NCBI GenBank assembly: GCA_043800255.1
Contig: JAZDNF010000003.1
Coordinates: 1 to 64,000 of the forward strand
DNA length: 64,000 bases
DNA from: Candidatus Altiarchaeota archaeon
Lineage (GTDB): Archaea > Altiarchaeota > Altiarchaeia > IMC4 > SCGC-AAA252-I15
Direction of reading: 5' to 3'
Of this stretch, positions 1 to 9,241 are shown piece after piece. Under the pieces are notes generated by a model. It worked only from the letters and a program-made list of their open reading frames with translations. It was not told where the DNA came from and did no database searches. The translations under genes were made by a program, and so were the position numbers. The first letter of the stretch is position 1. Each line of letters opens with the position of its first letter.

Positions 1-255
1 GCTGTTGATACACTGTGTATATTTTCACTTTTTTCGGCTTTCATATTATAAGGAACATTCTTTAAAATATCCGAAACCGCAACCAACAAGGCTTGAAGCC
101 TAAGAATAGAATTTTACTTGGAATCAAGCCGCCACAGATAGCATTCAGGAGGCCTGAAACCCGCTTGAGTTCGTATGGCGCACCAGAACAACCAGACGTT
201 GCACCAGAACAAAAGAAATGGCCTGACGTTGCGTTGTGTGTGGGTGTCTTTCAAA

Positions 256-561
256 CTATTTCTTTAGTTGGCTGAATTTTCTTTCGAAGTCTTTGTAGTC
301 TTTTTCTCTTTCGAAAACGCCGAGGATGAGTATTTGGTTGGTCTTGGGTGTGTGTAGTGCGTAAAGCAGTCTTTGGTATTTTCCTTCAATCGATAATTTT
401 ACTTTCAGAACCCTTTTGTATCCTTCAATAGTGTCGTATCTAAATGGATTTTGTTTGATGAGTCGGAGTTTGTCTTCAATGAGATGTTTTGTTTTCTCGT
501 CATATTCTAGCCACTGTTTTTCAAAAAAGCGGGTGTATAGGAGTTCAAAGTTTGAGGCCAT
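256..561 (-). CDS. RelE/ParE-family toxin of a type II toxin-antitoxin pair
   Basis: 101-aa basic protein with RelE-like layout (LYTRFFEKQW...YQRLLY...ILILGVFER); overlaps the upstream RHH gene. Confidence 0.75.
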   Translation of the reverse strand: MASNFELLYTRFFEKQWLEYDEKTKHLIEDKLRLIKQNPFRYDTIEGYKRVLKVKLSIEGKYQRLLYALHTPKTNQILILGVFEREKDYKDFERKFSQLKK

Positions 562-802
562 GTTTTGCCATGTCTTTTTCAGATAGTATGTTGCCTATAG
601 TTTCCTCCTGTCGTACCCATTCCATCAGTTGCTTGTCTTTCTCTGTCATCTCTCCTAAGCCAATCTTGTAGTTTATTATCTCCCTTCGAAGGCTCTCTCT
701 AACGATTTCGCTGAAATTGCTGAAATAACCCTTCTCCACAAGATTCTTAGATTCCTGCAGGAGTTTTTCCGGAAGCAACACATTCACTCTAACATTCTCC
801 AT
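545..802 (-). CDS. Ribbon-helix-helix (CopG/Arc-like) antitoxin
   Basis: Start moved to MENVRVNVLLP (GGAGGT Shine-Dalgarno upstream); has GYFSNFSEIVRESLR, typical of the RHH/ParD-like family. Confidence 0.75.
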   Translation of the reverse strand: MENVRVNVLLPEKLLQESKNLVEKGYFSNFSEIVRESLRREIINYKIGLGEMTEKDKQLMEWVRQEETIGNILSEKDMAKHGLKL

Positions 803-819
803 CTCGCATACCTCCAAAA

Positions 820-850
820 TATATGTATAGTATATGTATGTTATATGTAT
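820..850. promoter_or_regulatory. Putative TA operator: three TATATGTAT direct repeats at 11-bp period
   Basis: Copies at 820-828, 831-839 and 842-850, directly upstream of the antitoxin start. Confidence 0.55.
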
Positions 851-1128
851 ATAAATGCTCTGCCTTTGCACCAGGATAATAAACACCTTAGTTGGAGTGC
901 GTTCGAAAAAATTCGAACAGATTTTGCCCAAAATTTGTAGGGCTGGCGGAATTCCCCCCAAACCCCCCTTCCGCCCGCAGAAGCGACCCTTTCGGATTGA
1001 AAAACTGCCAAAGAACCTGAAAAAATATCGGCTCGAACTTCATTTTGAAAGATAAAAAATTCCAATTTGCACTTAAAATCGGCTGGCGAGCCCTCGCAGA
1101 GGGCGAGCCAACAAAGACATTTTCCAAC

Positions 1129-1172
1129 TGGCGGGGGGAGAGGGATTTGAACCCCCGGAAATCCCGTATTCC
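1129..1172 (-). other. Orphan tRNA 3' fragment (T arm, acceptor 3' strand, G73, CCA)
   Basis: Minus strand reads GGGGG-TTCAAAT-CCCTC-TCCCCCC-G-CCA; no matching 5' half or D arm upstream. Confidence 0.65.
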
Positions 1173-1277
1173 ACATAAAAAAATGATAACCACAAGTCAA
1201 CCATGTGCTGGAGTCCACACCCGTTAACAGAAGCCTCCTGTCTGCTTTAATGAGTCGGTGTTGTAGTATATGGGTTG

Positions 1278-1835
1278 TTATGTCCAGGTGCATTCGCCGT
1301 CTTTGCAGTAGCCTGTGCACTCGTGGAGGGGGTATTCAAGTTTTGATGATCTTATGGTGCATTGGGCGTTCGGTTTGCCGGGGTTTCTGCAGACTGGGCT
1401 GAGTGTTTGCTCGTAGACGTCGCCGAAGTTGCATATTCTTCTAACTGTGACGTTCCCGCAGTCCGAGTTCAGGTTGCATGCGATTGACGTTGTCGGCGCC
1501 GTCGTTGAGGTTGTTACCGTGGACGTGGAGGATACTGTCGTGCTTACGGAGGTTGTTACAACCGATGACGTTGTCGTCTCCTCGTCGGAGTCACATATGC
1601 TATTATCGTTCGCATCAAGGCAGCAGTCTATTCCAACCCTGATGTAGGGTTTCTCGCATACGACGCCGTCGCCGGCAGGCTCTTCGGAAGAGCCGAACAA
1701 CCTCGAAAAGAAGGACTTTATGGAGGATATTATTTTGCTGAAGAAACCCTGCTCTTCCTCTGCAGTCTCCTGAGCCAGAGCTGTTGACATCAGCAACAGG
1801 ATTGAAAATGCGGATAACAGCGCAGGTGGCCTCAT
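1278..1835 (-). CDS. Secreted Cys-rich protein with Thr/Ser-rich linker
   Basis: Signal peptide, CEKPYIRVGIDCCLDANDNSICD motif, T/S stalk, C-terminal disulfide-rich domain. Confidence 0.7.
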   Translation of the reverse strand: MRPPALLSAFSILLLMSTALAQETAEEEQGFFSKIISSIKSFFSRLFGSSEEPAGDGVVCEKPYIRVGIDCCLDANDNSICDSDEETTTSSVVTTSVSTTVSSTSTVTTSTTAPTTSIACNLNSDCGNVTVRRICNFGDVYEQTLSPVCRNPGKPNAQCTIRSSKLEYPLHECTGYCKDGECTWT

Positions 1836-1887
1836 CCGTTAAAGATGGGAGAGGACGCTTATATATGTTGTTTCTCATTATGTTGAT

Positions 1888-2541
1888 ATGATAGTGTCTG
1901 ACGCCAGTTCGATAATATCGCTGGCTATGAACTGCATGTCAAACGTCCTCAGCCTTATGGAGGCCGATATTGCCATCACCCCAGCAGTCTATGACGAGAT
2001 TTTCACAAGGCCTGTCAAGACCAAGAAATTCGCCCTTGAGGCGCTCAGGATAAAAAAACTGTTCGCTGAGGGCACGATTCACATAGTCGATGAGGACCAT
2101 AATCTTACAGACAGGATACTTGACCTGTCCAACTCGATATATTCTGCGAAAGGCAAAAATATCAGAATCGTCCACAAAGGCGAGGCCGCCGCGCTGGCGC
2201 TGATGTGCAAATTAAACGCCGACGCGCTGCTGATAGATGAGAGGACCACTCGGCTTCTGATAGAGGATCCGGACTCTCTGAGGGGCCTGCTCAATCACAG
2301 GACGGGAGAAAGCATTAGGATGGACAACAAAAGGCTCTCTGAGCTCTCAAGGCTTGTGGGTGACACGCCGATAATACGGTCGGCTGAGATAGCCTTCAGA
2401 GCATATGAGATGAACCTGCTGGACGATTTCAACACTAGAGACTATAATGTCTTGGATGCCATGCTCTATGCGCTAAAATTCTCAGGCTGCGCCATAAGCT
2501 GGGACGAGATTGAGGAGTACATAAGGATACGGAACAGTTGA
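1888..2541 (+). CDS. PIN-domain protein
   Basis: MIVSDASSII N-terminus, HKGEAAALAL and LLIDERTTR motifs. Confidence 0.75.
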   Translation: MIVSDASSIISLAMNCMSNVLSLMEADIAITPAVYDEIFTRPVKTKKFALEALRIKKLFAEGTIHIVDEDHNLTDRILDLSNSIYSAKGKNIRIVHKGEAAALALMCKLNADALLIDERTTRLLIEDPDSLRGLLNHRTGESIRMDNKRLSELSRLVGDTPIIRSAEIAFRAYEMNLLDDFNTRDYNVLDAMLYALKFSGCAISWDEIEEYIRIRNS

Positions 2542-2547
2542 GGTCAG

Positions 2548-3102
2548 CTATCCTAAAGGTTGGTTGATGTTGACGTAGAATCTAAACTCATCCAGCTGTT
2601 TTTTCAGGGCATAAGGCGTCTTGCGCCCGTAGTAGGACAGCCACCCGCTCTCCTCATATTCTCCGGGCAGGCTACTGTCCTCTGCCTTTGCCCGCCTTAC
2701 AAACTCTATGAGGCCTCTGCTTCGGATTATTGAATCCCTTGGCCTGAAAATCCCTGACCAGGTTGCCCACACCTTGAATACGGTGTCAGGGTATCTGCCG
2801 CCGCCCATGTCAACCGCGAGCACGTCGCAGGAGCCTATTATCTTCAGCGTTTTTTTTATCGTGGTGAAGCTTCTCACATCGCCATTGACGAAGTATAGAT
2901 TTTCGTTTTTCTTTTGCAAAACTTTGAAGGTGTCACGTGACTGCGAGGCCTTGTCAACGACGATAACCCTCCCAGCTCGCCTGAGGTATGGGAGAGTGCT
3001 CCTCCCGACATGCGGCCCAATCTCCAGGACTGTGTCGCCGTCTGCGACCGCCCTGCTCAGAACCCTGCGATACTCCCCAACATCATAGGCAAGCTCTATC
3101 AT
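2548..3102 (-). CDS. Class I SAM-dependent methyltransferase-like protein
   Basis: VLEIGPHVG motif I, VIVVDK, FVNGDV. Confidence 0.7.
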   Translation of the reverse strand: MIELAYDVGEYRRVLSRAVADGDTVLEIGPHVGRSTLPYLRRAGRVIVVDKASQSRDTFKVLQKKNENLYFVNGDVRSFTTIKKTLKIIGSCDVLAVDMGGGRYPDTVFKVWATWSGIFRPRDSIIRSRGLIEFVRRAKAEDSSLPGEYEESGWLSYYGRKTPYALKKQLDEFRFYVNINQPLG

Positions 3103-3155
3103 GGCAGTATAAGGATTTATACCCCCAGTTATAATAAATTAGGCAGAGGTTTAGG

Positions 3156-6100
3156 ATGCATTTGGACAAACTAGAGCTTAAAGGCTTCAAGTCGTTCAGA
3201 GACAAAACTGTCATAGAATTCCCAGACAACTTCACAGCCATAGTGGGTCCGAACGGCAGCGGCAAGAGCAACCTCACCGAGGCCATATGCTTCGTTCTTG
3301 GTAAATCAAGAGGCTTGAGGGCCAACAACCTGCAGGAGCTGATTTTCAACGGCGGCAAACACGAAAAGCCGGCGAAAACGGCCGTTGTGAGCATCGAATT
3401 GTCCGATAAAGAGACAACGCACAGGATTTCCAGGATGATAGACGTTGACGGCAGGTCAATCTACAAAGTCGACGGCTCAAGGGCGTCCAGGCAGAGGGTT
3501 GTGGACATACTAGGAGACAACGAGTACAACATCATACTCCAGGACGACGTCACCAGGGTCATCAAGATGCAGCCTCAGGAGAGGCGGCAGATAATAGACG
3601 AGCTCTGCGGCATCGCAGAATACGACAAGAAGAAGGAGAAGGCTTTGGGCGAGCTTGAGAAGGTGGAGGACAGGATATCCGACACTGAAATAGTTCTCGG
3701 CGAGAAGCAGGGTTACATGCTCCGCCTGAAAAAGGAGAGAGACGACGCACTCGCCTACAAGGACATACGGGATGAGATACGGCAGAACGAGGCCAGCCTG
3801 CTCAATCACGACATAATCCGGCTTGGGAAGAGGTTCAGCACTCTTGACGATAGGATAAAGGAGCTGGAGAACGAGAAGAAACAGAAGTCAGAAAGCATAG
3901 AAGCGATAAGGAAGGACATAGAGGAGACGCGACAGAAGCTGAAAGAATGCAACAAAAGCATAATCGAACTGGAGGAGGACTCCAGCAGGGCGAGGGTTAA
4001 CGAACTCAACTCTGAGATAGTCAGGTATGAGGAGAGGACATCATCCCTCAACGGGAGAGGGGAGAGCGTAGAGGCAAGGGCGGCCGAATTGGTCAACAAG
4101 CAGGGCGAACTCAACCGCGAGCTCCAGAAGAGGCAGTCAAAGCTCGCTGAAGCCAAAAAGTCACTGGAAAAAGTTGAGAAGCTCATTGAGAAGAGGATAA
4201 GCGAGACAGGCCAGTCCGAGTTTGAGGAGCAGATTGACAGCATAAAGAACCTCGTGTTCGGAAGGGAGTCAGAAATCAGAAGCCTTGATAGTTTGAATGA
4301 GAGGGTGGGTTCTGAGCTGAGGGAGATGAAGAAGGAGAAGGAAAGCGCGGCGTCCGAGCTCAAAGCGGTTACGGAAAAGATAGGTGAAGTCTCAGACCAG
4401 CTGTCTGACAGCACAGGCACCCTGAGCAAAAAAACCGAGGGACTAGAGACGTTAAAACACAACATCAAAAAAGTCGACGAGACCATAAACCAGCTTGAGG
4501 AAGAGTTCAGGCTGAAGCAGAGTCAACACACTGAGAAGAGGACAGACCTTAAGGTGCTGGAGGAATCCGGAGGCGGGCTCAGAGTGGCTGAGAAGGCGAT
4601 AATGAAGCTCAAGGACGTGATACCTGGGATATACGGCCCCCTCTCACAGCTCGGGAGGATAAAATCAAAAGAGCATGAGGAGGCTCTGGTAATCGCCTCA
4701 GGCTACAGGATGAGTTATATCGTGGTCAGAGACGTCGAAACCGCTAAAAAGTGCATAGAATACCTGAAAAAGAAGAGGATAGGGAGGTCCACATTCCTGC
4801 CTCTCGACAAGATAGACGTCAGCGTGAGCGGGAAAGTGCCTGACAAGGCCATAGGCCTCGCCAGGGACTTCGTCCAAGTTGACAAAAAATTCGACAAAGT
4901 GCTGGACTACGTGTTCGGCGACACCATAATAGTGAAAAATATTGACTCCGCCAGAGCCATCGGAATCGGAAAGCACAGGATGGTCACAGTCGAAGGCGAG
5001 CTTTTCGAGAAGAGCGGCGCAGTCAGCGGCGGCTTCATGAAGAAGGAGTACCTGATGACGTTCTCAAACCTCGATGACCTGGAGAATGAGGTTAAGCGGC
5101 TGGAAGACGAGGCGAAGTCGGCAGAAGAGAAAATAAAACAGGAGAGGCTTGAGCATGAGAGCCTCGAAGACACCATCGGAAAAACGGCAGAGGAGATAAG
5201 CGAGATCAGGATAGTCTGCGAAAGGCTTAGATCAGACCTCAAATCACTCTCCGAGAAGGAGAACAAGCTTGGGAGCGACCTCAAAATGATTTCAAACGGG
5301 ATCATAAAGGCTGAGAAGGAGCTGAGCGAGAATAGTAAGAGGGCCGCATCCTTCAGAGCTGAATTCACATCCAAAAAAACGGAACTCCAGAGTCTATTGG
5401 AGAAGAGGAGGCCTGGCAGGAGCCAGGTTGACCAGCTCAAGGACGAGCAGACGCAGCTTGCTGTCGAAAGCAGCCGGCTGGAAGAGCAGACGAACACCAT
5501 AAAAGAGCAGGCCATGCAGCTGCTGGAGGAGGATAAAAGCCTGAAGAACGAGAAGAGCAGCATCAGCAGGGACCTGGATGAGGCGAAAAACAAGCTGGCG
5601 AAACTTAAGGAGGAGATTTCAAAATTAGAGGGTGAGGGAGCGTCAATAGTCGACAGGATAAGGACTCTGATGAACAGGAGGAACGACCTGGACAACAAGA
5701 TAACTGACTTAGGGTCGAACATAGGCGGGATAGAGCATGAGATGTACGGCTTAAACGACAAGATATCCTCCGTCCTCGTGGAGAAGACCAAAGTTGAGAC
5801 CGAATTGGAGGTTAAGCGGCAGGAGTTCAAAAAGTACGAGGGGAGCGCCGTAGTGGACAAGAAGGTGACTGAGATAGAGGGCAGCATCATCAAACTGCAG
5901 AAGAAGCTGGACGAGTTCGGGCCTATCAACATGAAAGCCATCGAAACCTATGACACAATTGTAAAAGAATTCGAGGACATCCAGAAGCGGCTGGAAACGC
6001 TCAAAACCGAGAGACAGTCGATCTTTGACTTCATGGAAGGCGTTGAGAAGAAAAAGCACAAGGTCTTCATGGACACGTTCAACACGGTCAAAGAGAGCTT

Positions 6101-6512
6101 CGAGAAGACATTCAGAAAGCTCTCTGGGGGGGAGGGCACTCTGATACTGGACAACCCGAACAACATAAGCGAGAGCGGGCTGATAATAAGCGCCTCCCCA
6201 GGAGGCAAAAAGATAATGAGCTTGGACGCCATGTCAGGAGGAGAGAAAGTCATAACAACCTCAGCCTTCCTGCTGGCGCTCCAGCAGTACAAGCCAGCCT
6301 ACTTTTACATCGTGGACGAGCTTGACGCCGCACTGGACAAGGCCAACTCCATGAAACTCGGCGAGCTGCTGAGGGACTCCGAAGCCCAGTTCGTCCTGGT
6401 GACCCACAACAACTCGATGATAAAATACGCAGGCTCGGTCGTCGGAGTCTCAATGGCAAAAGGCATCTCCAAGATAATAGGCGTCAAACTCGAAGAACCA
6501 CACGCCAGCTAA
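3156..6512 (+). CDS. smc: Chromosome segregation protein SMC
   Basis: Walker A GPNGSGKS, coiled coils, hinge (GIYGPLSQLG...GAVSGG), MSGGEK signature, VDELDAALD Walker B/D-loop. Confidence 0.96.
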   Translation: MHLDKLELKGFKSFRDKTVIEFPDNFTAIVGPNGSGKSNLTEAICFVLGKSRGLRANNLQELIFNGGKHEKPAKTAVVSIELSDKETTHRISRMIDVDGRSIYKVDGSRASRQRVVDILGDNEYNIILQDDVTRVIKMQPQERRQIIDELCGIAEYDKKKEKALGELEKVEDRISDTEIVLGEKQGYMLRLKKERDDALAYKDIRDEIRQNEASLLNHDIIRLGKRFSTLDDRIKELENEKKQKSESIEAIRKDIEETRQKLKECNKSIIELEEDSSRARVNELNSEIVRYEERTSSLNGRGESVEARAAELVNKQGELNRELQKRQSKLAEAKKSLEKVEKLIEKRISETGQSEFEEQIDSIKNLVFGRESEIRSLDSLNERVGSELREMKKEKESAASELKAVTEKIGEVSDQLSDSTGTLSKKTEGLETLKHNIKKVDETINQLEEEFRLKQSQHTEKRTDLKVLEESGGGLRVAEKAIMKLKDVIPGIYGPLSQLGRIKSKEHEEALVIASGYRMSYIVVRDVETAKKCIEYLKKKRIGRSTFLPLDKIDVSVSGKVPDKAIGLARDFVQVDKKFDKVLDYVFGDTIIVKNIDSARAIGIGKHRMVTVEGELFEKSGAVSGGFMKKEYLMTFSNLDDLENEVKRLEDEAKSAEEKIKQERLEHESLEDTIGKTAEEISEIRIVCERLRSDLKSLSEKENKLGSDLKMISNGIIKAEKELSENSKRAASFRAEFTSKKTELQSLLEKRRPGRSQVDQLKDEQTQLAVESSRLEEQTNTIKEQAMQLLEEDKSLKNEKSSISRDLDEAKNKLAKLKEEISKLEGEGASIVDRIRTLMNRRNDLDNKITDLGSNIGGIEHEMYGLNDKISSVLVEKTKVETELEVKRQEFKKYEGSAVVDKKVTEIEGSIIKLQKKLDEFGPINMKAIETYDTIVKEFEDIQKRLETLKTERQSIFDFMEGVEKKKHKVFMDTFNTVKESFEKTFRKLSGGEGTLILDNPNNISESGLIISASPGGKKIMSLDAMSGGEKVITTSAFLLALQQYKPAYFYIVDELDAALDKANSMKLGELLRDSEAQFVLVTHNNSMIKYAGSVVGVSMAKGISKIIGVKLEEPHAS

Positions 6513-7693
6513 AAAAGCGATTCTGAAAGCAGGCTGAAATAGCCCCACGAAGCAAAGTTCAAACTCAATACGGTGAGCATCAGCGAGATGGTGGTTACCA
6601 GCAATAGGAGGTATCTTCTGCTTTTTAGTGAGTCGTCAAAAACCATCGAAAACGGCAGCGAGAGGAGCGGAATCAACGGATAGTGATATCTAGGCGACCA
6701 AGAGACAGTCCCGAAGGGGTTATGCCAGAAACTGTAGAATAGAACAAGAAGTAAGGATATCCAGGATATCATAATAATCTCCAAGGCGTTTCGGTTCTTC
6801 AATAGACCATAAAACGAAAACAAGATAACCGGTTGAGTCACTATCAAGGCCACTAGGATAAGGGCAACATGCCTAACGAAGCTGACATCAAAAGAGAACA
6901 GGGCTCTCGTATCCTGCGGCCCTTGCAGTCCGCTCTCAGAGTCAAACATAACGCTGGAATAGCCGGTCTGCAGCGGGCTTCCGAAGAGGAGGGCATCATA
7001 TGAAAAGAGGATGGCTAAGAATACTGAGGCTCCAACAGCGAAGTATGACAAATTTTTTGCGCTGGACCTCAGTCCTAAGAGGTAGATAACGGCCAGAACG
7101 GAGAGAGAGATTTTTGTGAACACAAGAAAGCCGAAAAAATAGCCGGACAACACCATAGACTCTGTCCGACCCGCTTTCCTGAAGTCAGCCATATAGTAGA
7201 CGGACGCTATCAATAGCAGACCTAGAAGCGATTCGGAGAGCGATACCTGAGAGTATGTGTATATGGACGTGCAGAATGCGAAAACCAGTGACGTGATTAG
7301 TGCTGTCTTCTCGTCAACGAAAAGACGGCAGAGGAGGAAGAGGTAAAGAACCGTTAAAGTCGAGAATAGAACACTAGCCAAGGGAATCCCCCGCAGCCCT
7401 GAGAGTACATAGAAGGGCGCCATAGCATAAGAAAAACCAGGGGAGAATCGACTATATGCATTGCCGTCTGAGCCCATGCTAAGGCAGCACCTCTGCCAGG
7501 AGCCAACAGGGTATGTGAGGTACTCGTTGAGGTTTAAATCGCCGGTATCGACAAGGCTCTGCGTTAACGCGAAATAGTTGTCTCCGAAGGTTATGTACGG
7601 ATATTCCATCCGATCAAAACCCATATATTGGAAAAAAAGAGAGACAAAATAGACGGAGAACACCACAATAAATAGAATAATCGTCTTATTCAT
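6509..7693 (-). CDS. GT-C fold membrane glycosyltransferase (PMT/ArnT-like)
   Basis: Polytopic membrane protein with N-terminal loop, SES motif, SPLQTGY and PRYHYP. Confidence 0.7.
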   Translation of the reverse strand: MNKTIILFIVVFSVYFVSLFFQYMGFDRMEYPYITFGDNYFALTQSLVDTGDLNLNEYLTYPVGSWQRCCLSMGSDGNAYSRFSPGFSYAMAPFYVLSGLRGIPLASVLFSTLTVLYLFLLCRLFVDEKTALITSLVFAFCTSIYTYSQVSLSESLLGLLLIASVYYMADFRKAGRTESMVLSGYFFGFLVFTKISLSVLAVIYLLGLRSSAKNLSYFAVGASVFLAILFSYDALLFGSPLQTGYSSVMFDSESGLQGPQDTRALFSFDVSFVRHVALILVALIVTQPVILFSFYGLLKNRNALEIIMISWISLLLVLFYSFWHNPFGTVSWSPRYHYPLIPLLSLPFSMVFDDSLKSRRYLLLLVTTISLMLTVLSLNFASWGYFSLLSESLF

Positions 7694-7725
7694 CGTATGC
7701 TCAGTTAGCCCTGGGAAGATTGCGA

Positions 7726-7778
7726 AGAGCCTTTCTTTTTTCCCGAAAAGAAAAACCCTCGGGAAAAAGAGAGGGGAT
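7726..7778 (+). repeat. Copy of the tRNA-associated hairpin repeat
   Basis: GAGCCTTTCTTTTTTCCCGAAAAGAAAAACCCTCGGGAAAAAGAGAGG aligns by eye with the reverse complement of 18200-18254. Confidence 0.7.
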
Positions 7779-8172
7779 ATTGTTTTCTTTCTTTTTCTGG
7801 GGGGAAAAATTTAGCCCCGGGAGGATTAAACCCCAAAAAAGTCCGAATCCCTACTAGTTTATTCTATTAAAACTTAAAATACCCCACATGATGTGAACCA
7901 AAGCAGAAGTGTCTGAGAACTTGGGAGGAGGACTACCCCTAAAATTAACTCTAAACTCTTATCGGGGTAGAGCGCCGGGGTTGGAATGGGAACGAGAGTG
8001 CAGTATCCCCGGTCAATGCCGAATGCGGGATTTCCCCTTGGATAGGATGTCGCTTCGTTTCAGAAAAATTTTCAGAATAAGCATGCTTTAAGGTTATTCT
8101 CCAACTTATTAATCAGTGTTTGGGCAAGGGATGCTCTATTTCAATAGCGTTTGCTTATACTCTAGTTGAAAC

Positions 8173-8883
8173 ATGGTCGAAGGTAAGAATACAAGTACTG
8201 CGGTGCACAGAGTGCAAAAACTACTCTCTAACCTTGGTTATTGTTCTAGACGGCAGGCTGAGGAACTGATACGGGCTGGGTGGGTGAAGGTCAATGGAGA
8301 AACAGTAACTGTTGGAGGTAAAGCTTCGGAGACTGATGTCATAACTGTTGGTGGTAAAGTTGTTAAGGGAGAGGATAGGGTTTATTTGATGTTTCATAAG
8401 CCTACTGGTTGTGTTACAGCCGTGAGAGATCCTAGGTTCAAGACGGTAATGGACTATCTCAGGATAAAGGAGAGGGTTTTTCCCATAGGCAGACTTGACC
8501 GTGACACCTCGGGAATACTTCTTCTGACAAACGATGGCGATTTTGCAAATAGTGTCATGCACCCCAGATATGAAGTGAAAAAGAGGTATGTCGTAGTGCT
8601 TGATAAACCTGTGAAGCAGGATGTGAAAAGAAAAATTGAACGCGGCATTACACTTGAGGATGGAAAAACAGCACCTGCAAAATCAAACATCCTAGCGGAA
8701 AATACCCTGGACATCACAATACATGAAGGAAAAAACAGGATAATCCGGAGGATGATGAAGGCGTTAGGCTATAACGTAAAAACCCTAAAGAGGGTCTCAA
8801 TCGGAAACCTCAAACTTGGAACACTAAAACCGGGAGAATACAGGAATCTAACAAAAAACGAGATCACCCAGATATTCAAATAA
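8173..8883 (+). CDS. RsuA/RluB-family rRNA pseudouridine synthase with S4 domain
   Basis: S4 (RVQKLLSNLGYCSRRQAE), FHKPTG, catalytic GRLDRDTSGILLLTNDG, EGKNRIIRRM. Confidence 0.92.
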   Translation: MVEGKNTSTAVHRVQKLLSNLGYCSRRQAEELIRAGWVKVNGETVTVGGKASETDVITVGGKVVKGEDRVYLMFHKPTGCVTAVRDPRFKTVMDYLRIKERVFPIGRLDRDTSGILLLTNDGDFANSVMHPRYEVKKRYVVVLDKPVKQDVKRKIERGITLEDGKTAPAKSNILAENTLDITIHEGKNRIIRRMMKALGYNVKTLKRVSIGNLKLGTLKPGEYRNLTKNEITQIFK

Positions 8884-8918
8884 TCAAACCCTCAGGATTC
8901 TATACCAAAGATGTGAAG

Positions 8919-9061
8919 AACCACCGGTCAGAGACCGATGGCATCTTATGAGATGAACCGGTGGTTCGTACACGCCTATGTGGCCGACCATCGGTCGGAC
9001 ACACACCCGAGCTGAACTCGACTGTGTTCCACCGGCCAAACCACCGGTCCGAGACCGGTGG
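8919..9061. repeat. Cluster of palindromes bounded by a 23-bp hairpin direct repeat
   Basis: AACCACCGGTCAGAGACCGATGG (8919) and AACCACCGGTCCGAGACCGGTGG (9039), with several short hairpins between. Confidence 0.65.
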
Positions 9062-9145
9062 AATAGAGCGTTTTAAAAATTGAAAAAAAGAGATAAAACT
9101 AAAAAGATCACTAAACCCCACTCAAACTCCAAAAAAAGAAAACCT

Positions 9146-9192
9146 TGCCGAAGGCGGGACTCGAATTACAGGTTCGAATCCCTGACGCGCCG
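9146..9192. other. Two back-to-back tRNA 3'-end fragments
   Basis: Minus strand TTCGAGT-CCCGC-CTTCGGC-A (9165-9146); plus strand GGTTCGAAT-CCCTG-ACGCGCC-G (about 9171-9192). Confidence 0.5.
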
Positions 9193-9241
9193 GATTATTT
9201 TCTGAAAAAAACGTTAGACTGCCAACTGAAAAAATAATTTT

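Noticed and set aside
170-235. Short repeats GCACCAGAACAA and GACGTTGC, two copies each
   Set aside because: Only two irregular copies at the window edge; cannot be interpreted.
1129-1240. Complete tRNA-Trp, -Sec or -Pyl (GGACTCCAG resembles an anticodon arm)
   Set aside because: No 3' anticodon-stem strand, D arm or 5' acceptor strand; the 7+5 geometry is not Sec-like.
841-1402. Several 60-159-aa ORFs
   Set aside because: They overlap the TA promoter, hairpins and the tRNA fragment, and have no motifs.
3806-5941. Long antisense Ser/Leu/Phe-rich ORFs (also 60318-61178 and many opposite ribosomal genes)
   Set aside because: Shadow frames of E/K-rich or highly conserved genes on the other strand.
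8021-8035. 14/15-nt inverted match to 1157-1171, suggesting paired tRNA halves or an inversion
   Set aside because: Matches this short with one mismatch are expected by chance in 64 kb, and no tRNA 5' half folds here.
8919-9061. Possible CRISPR mini-array
   Set aside because: Only two repeats about 100 bp apart, the intervening DNA is itself palindromic, and there are no cas genes.
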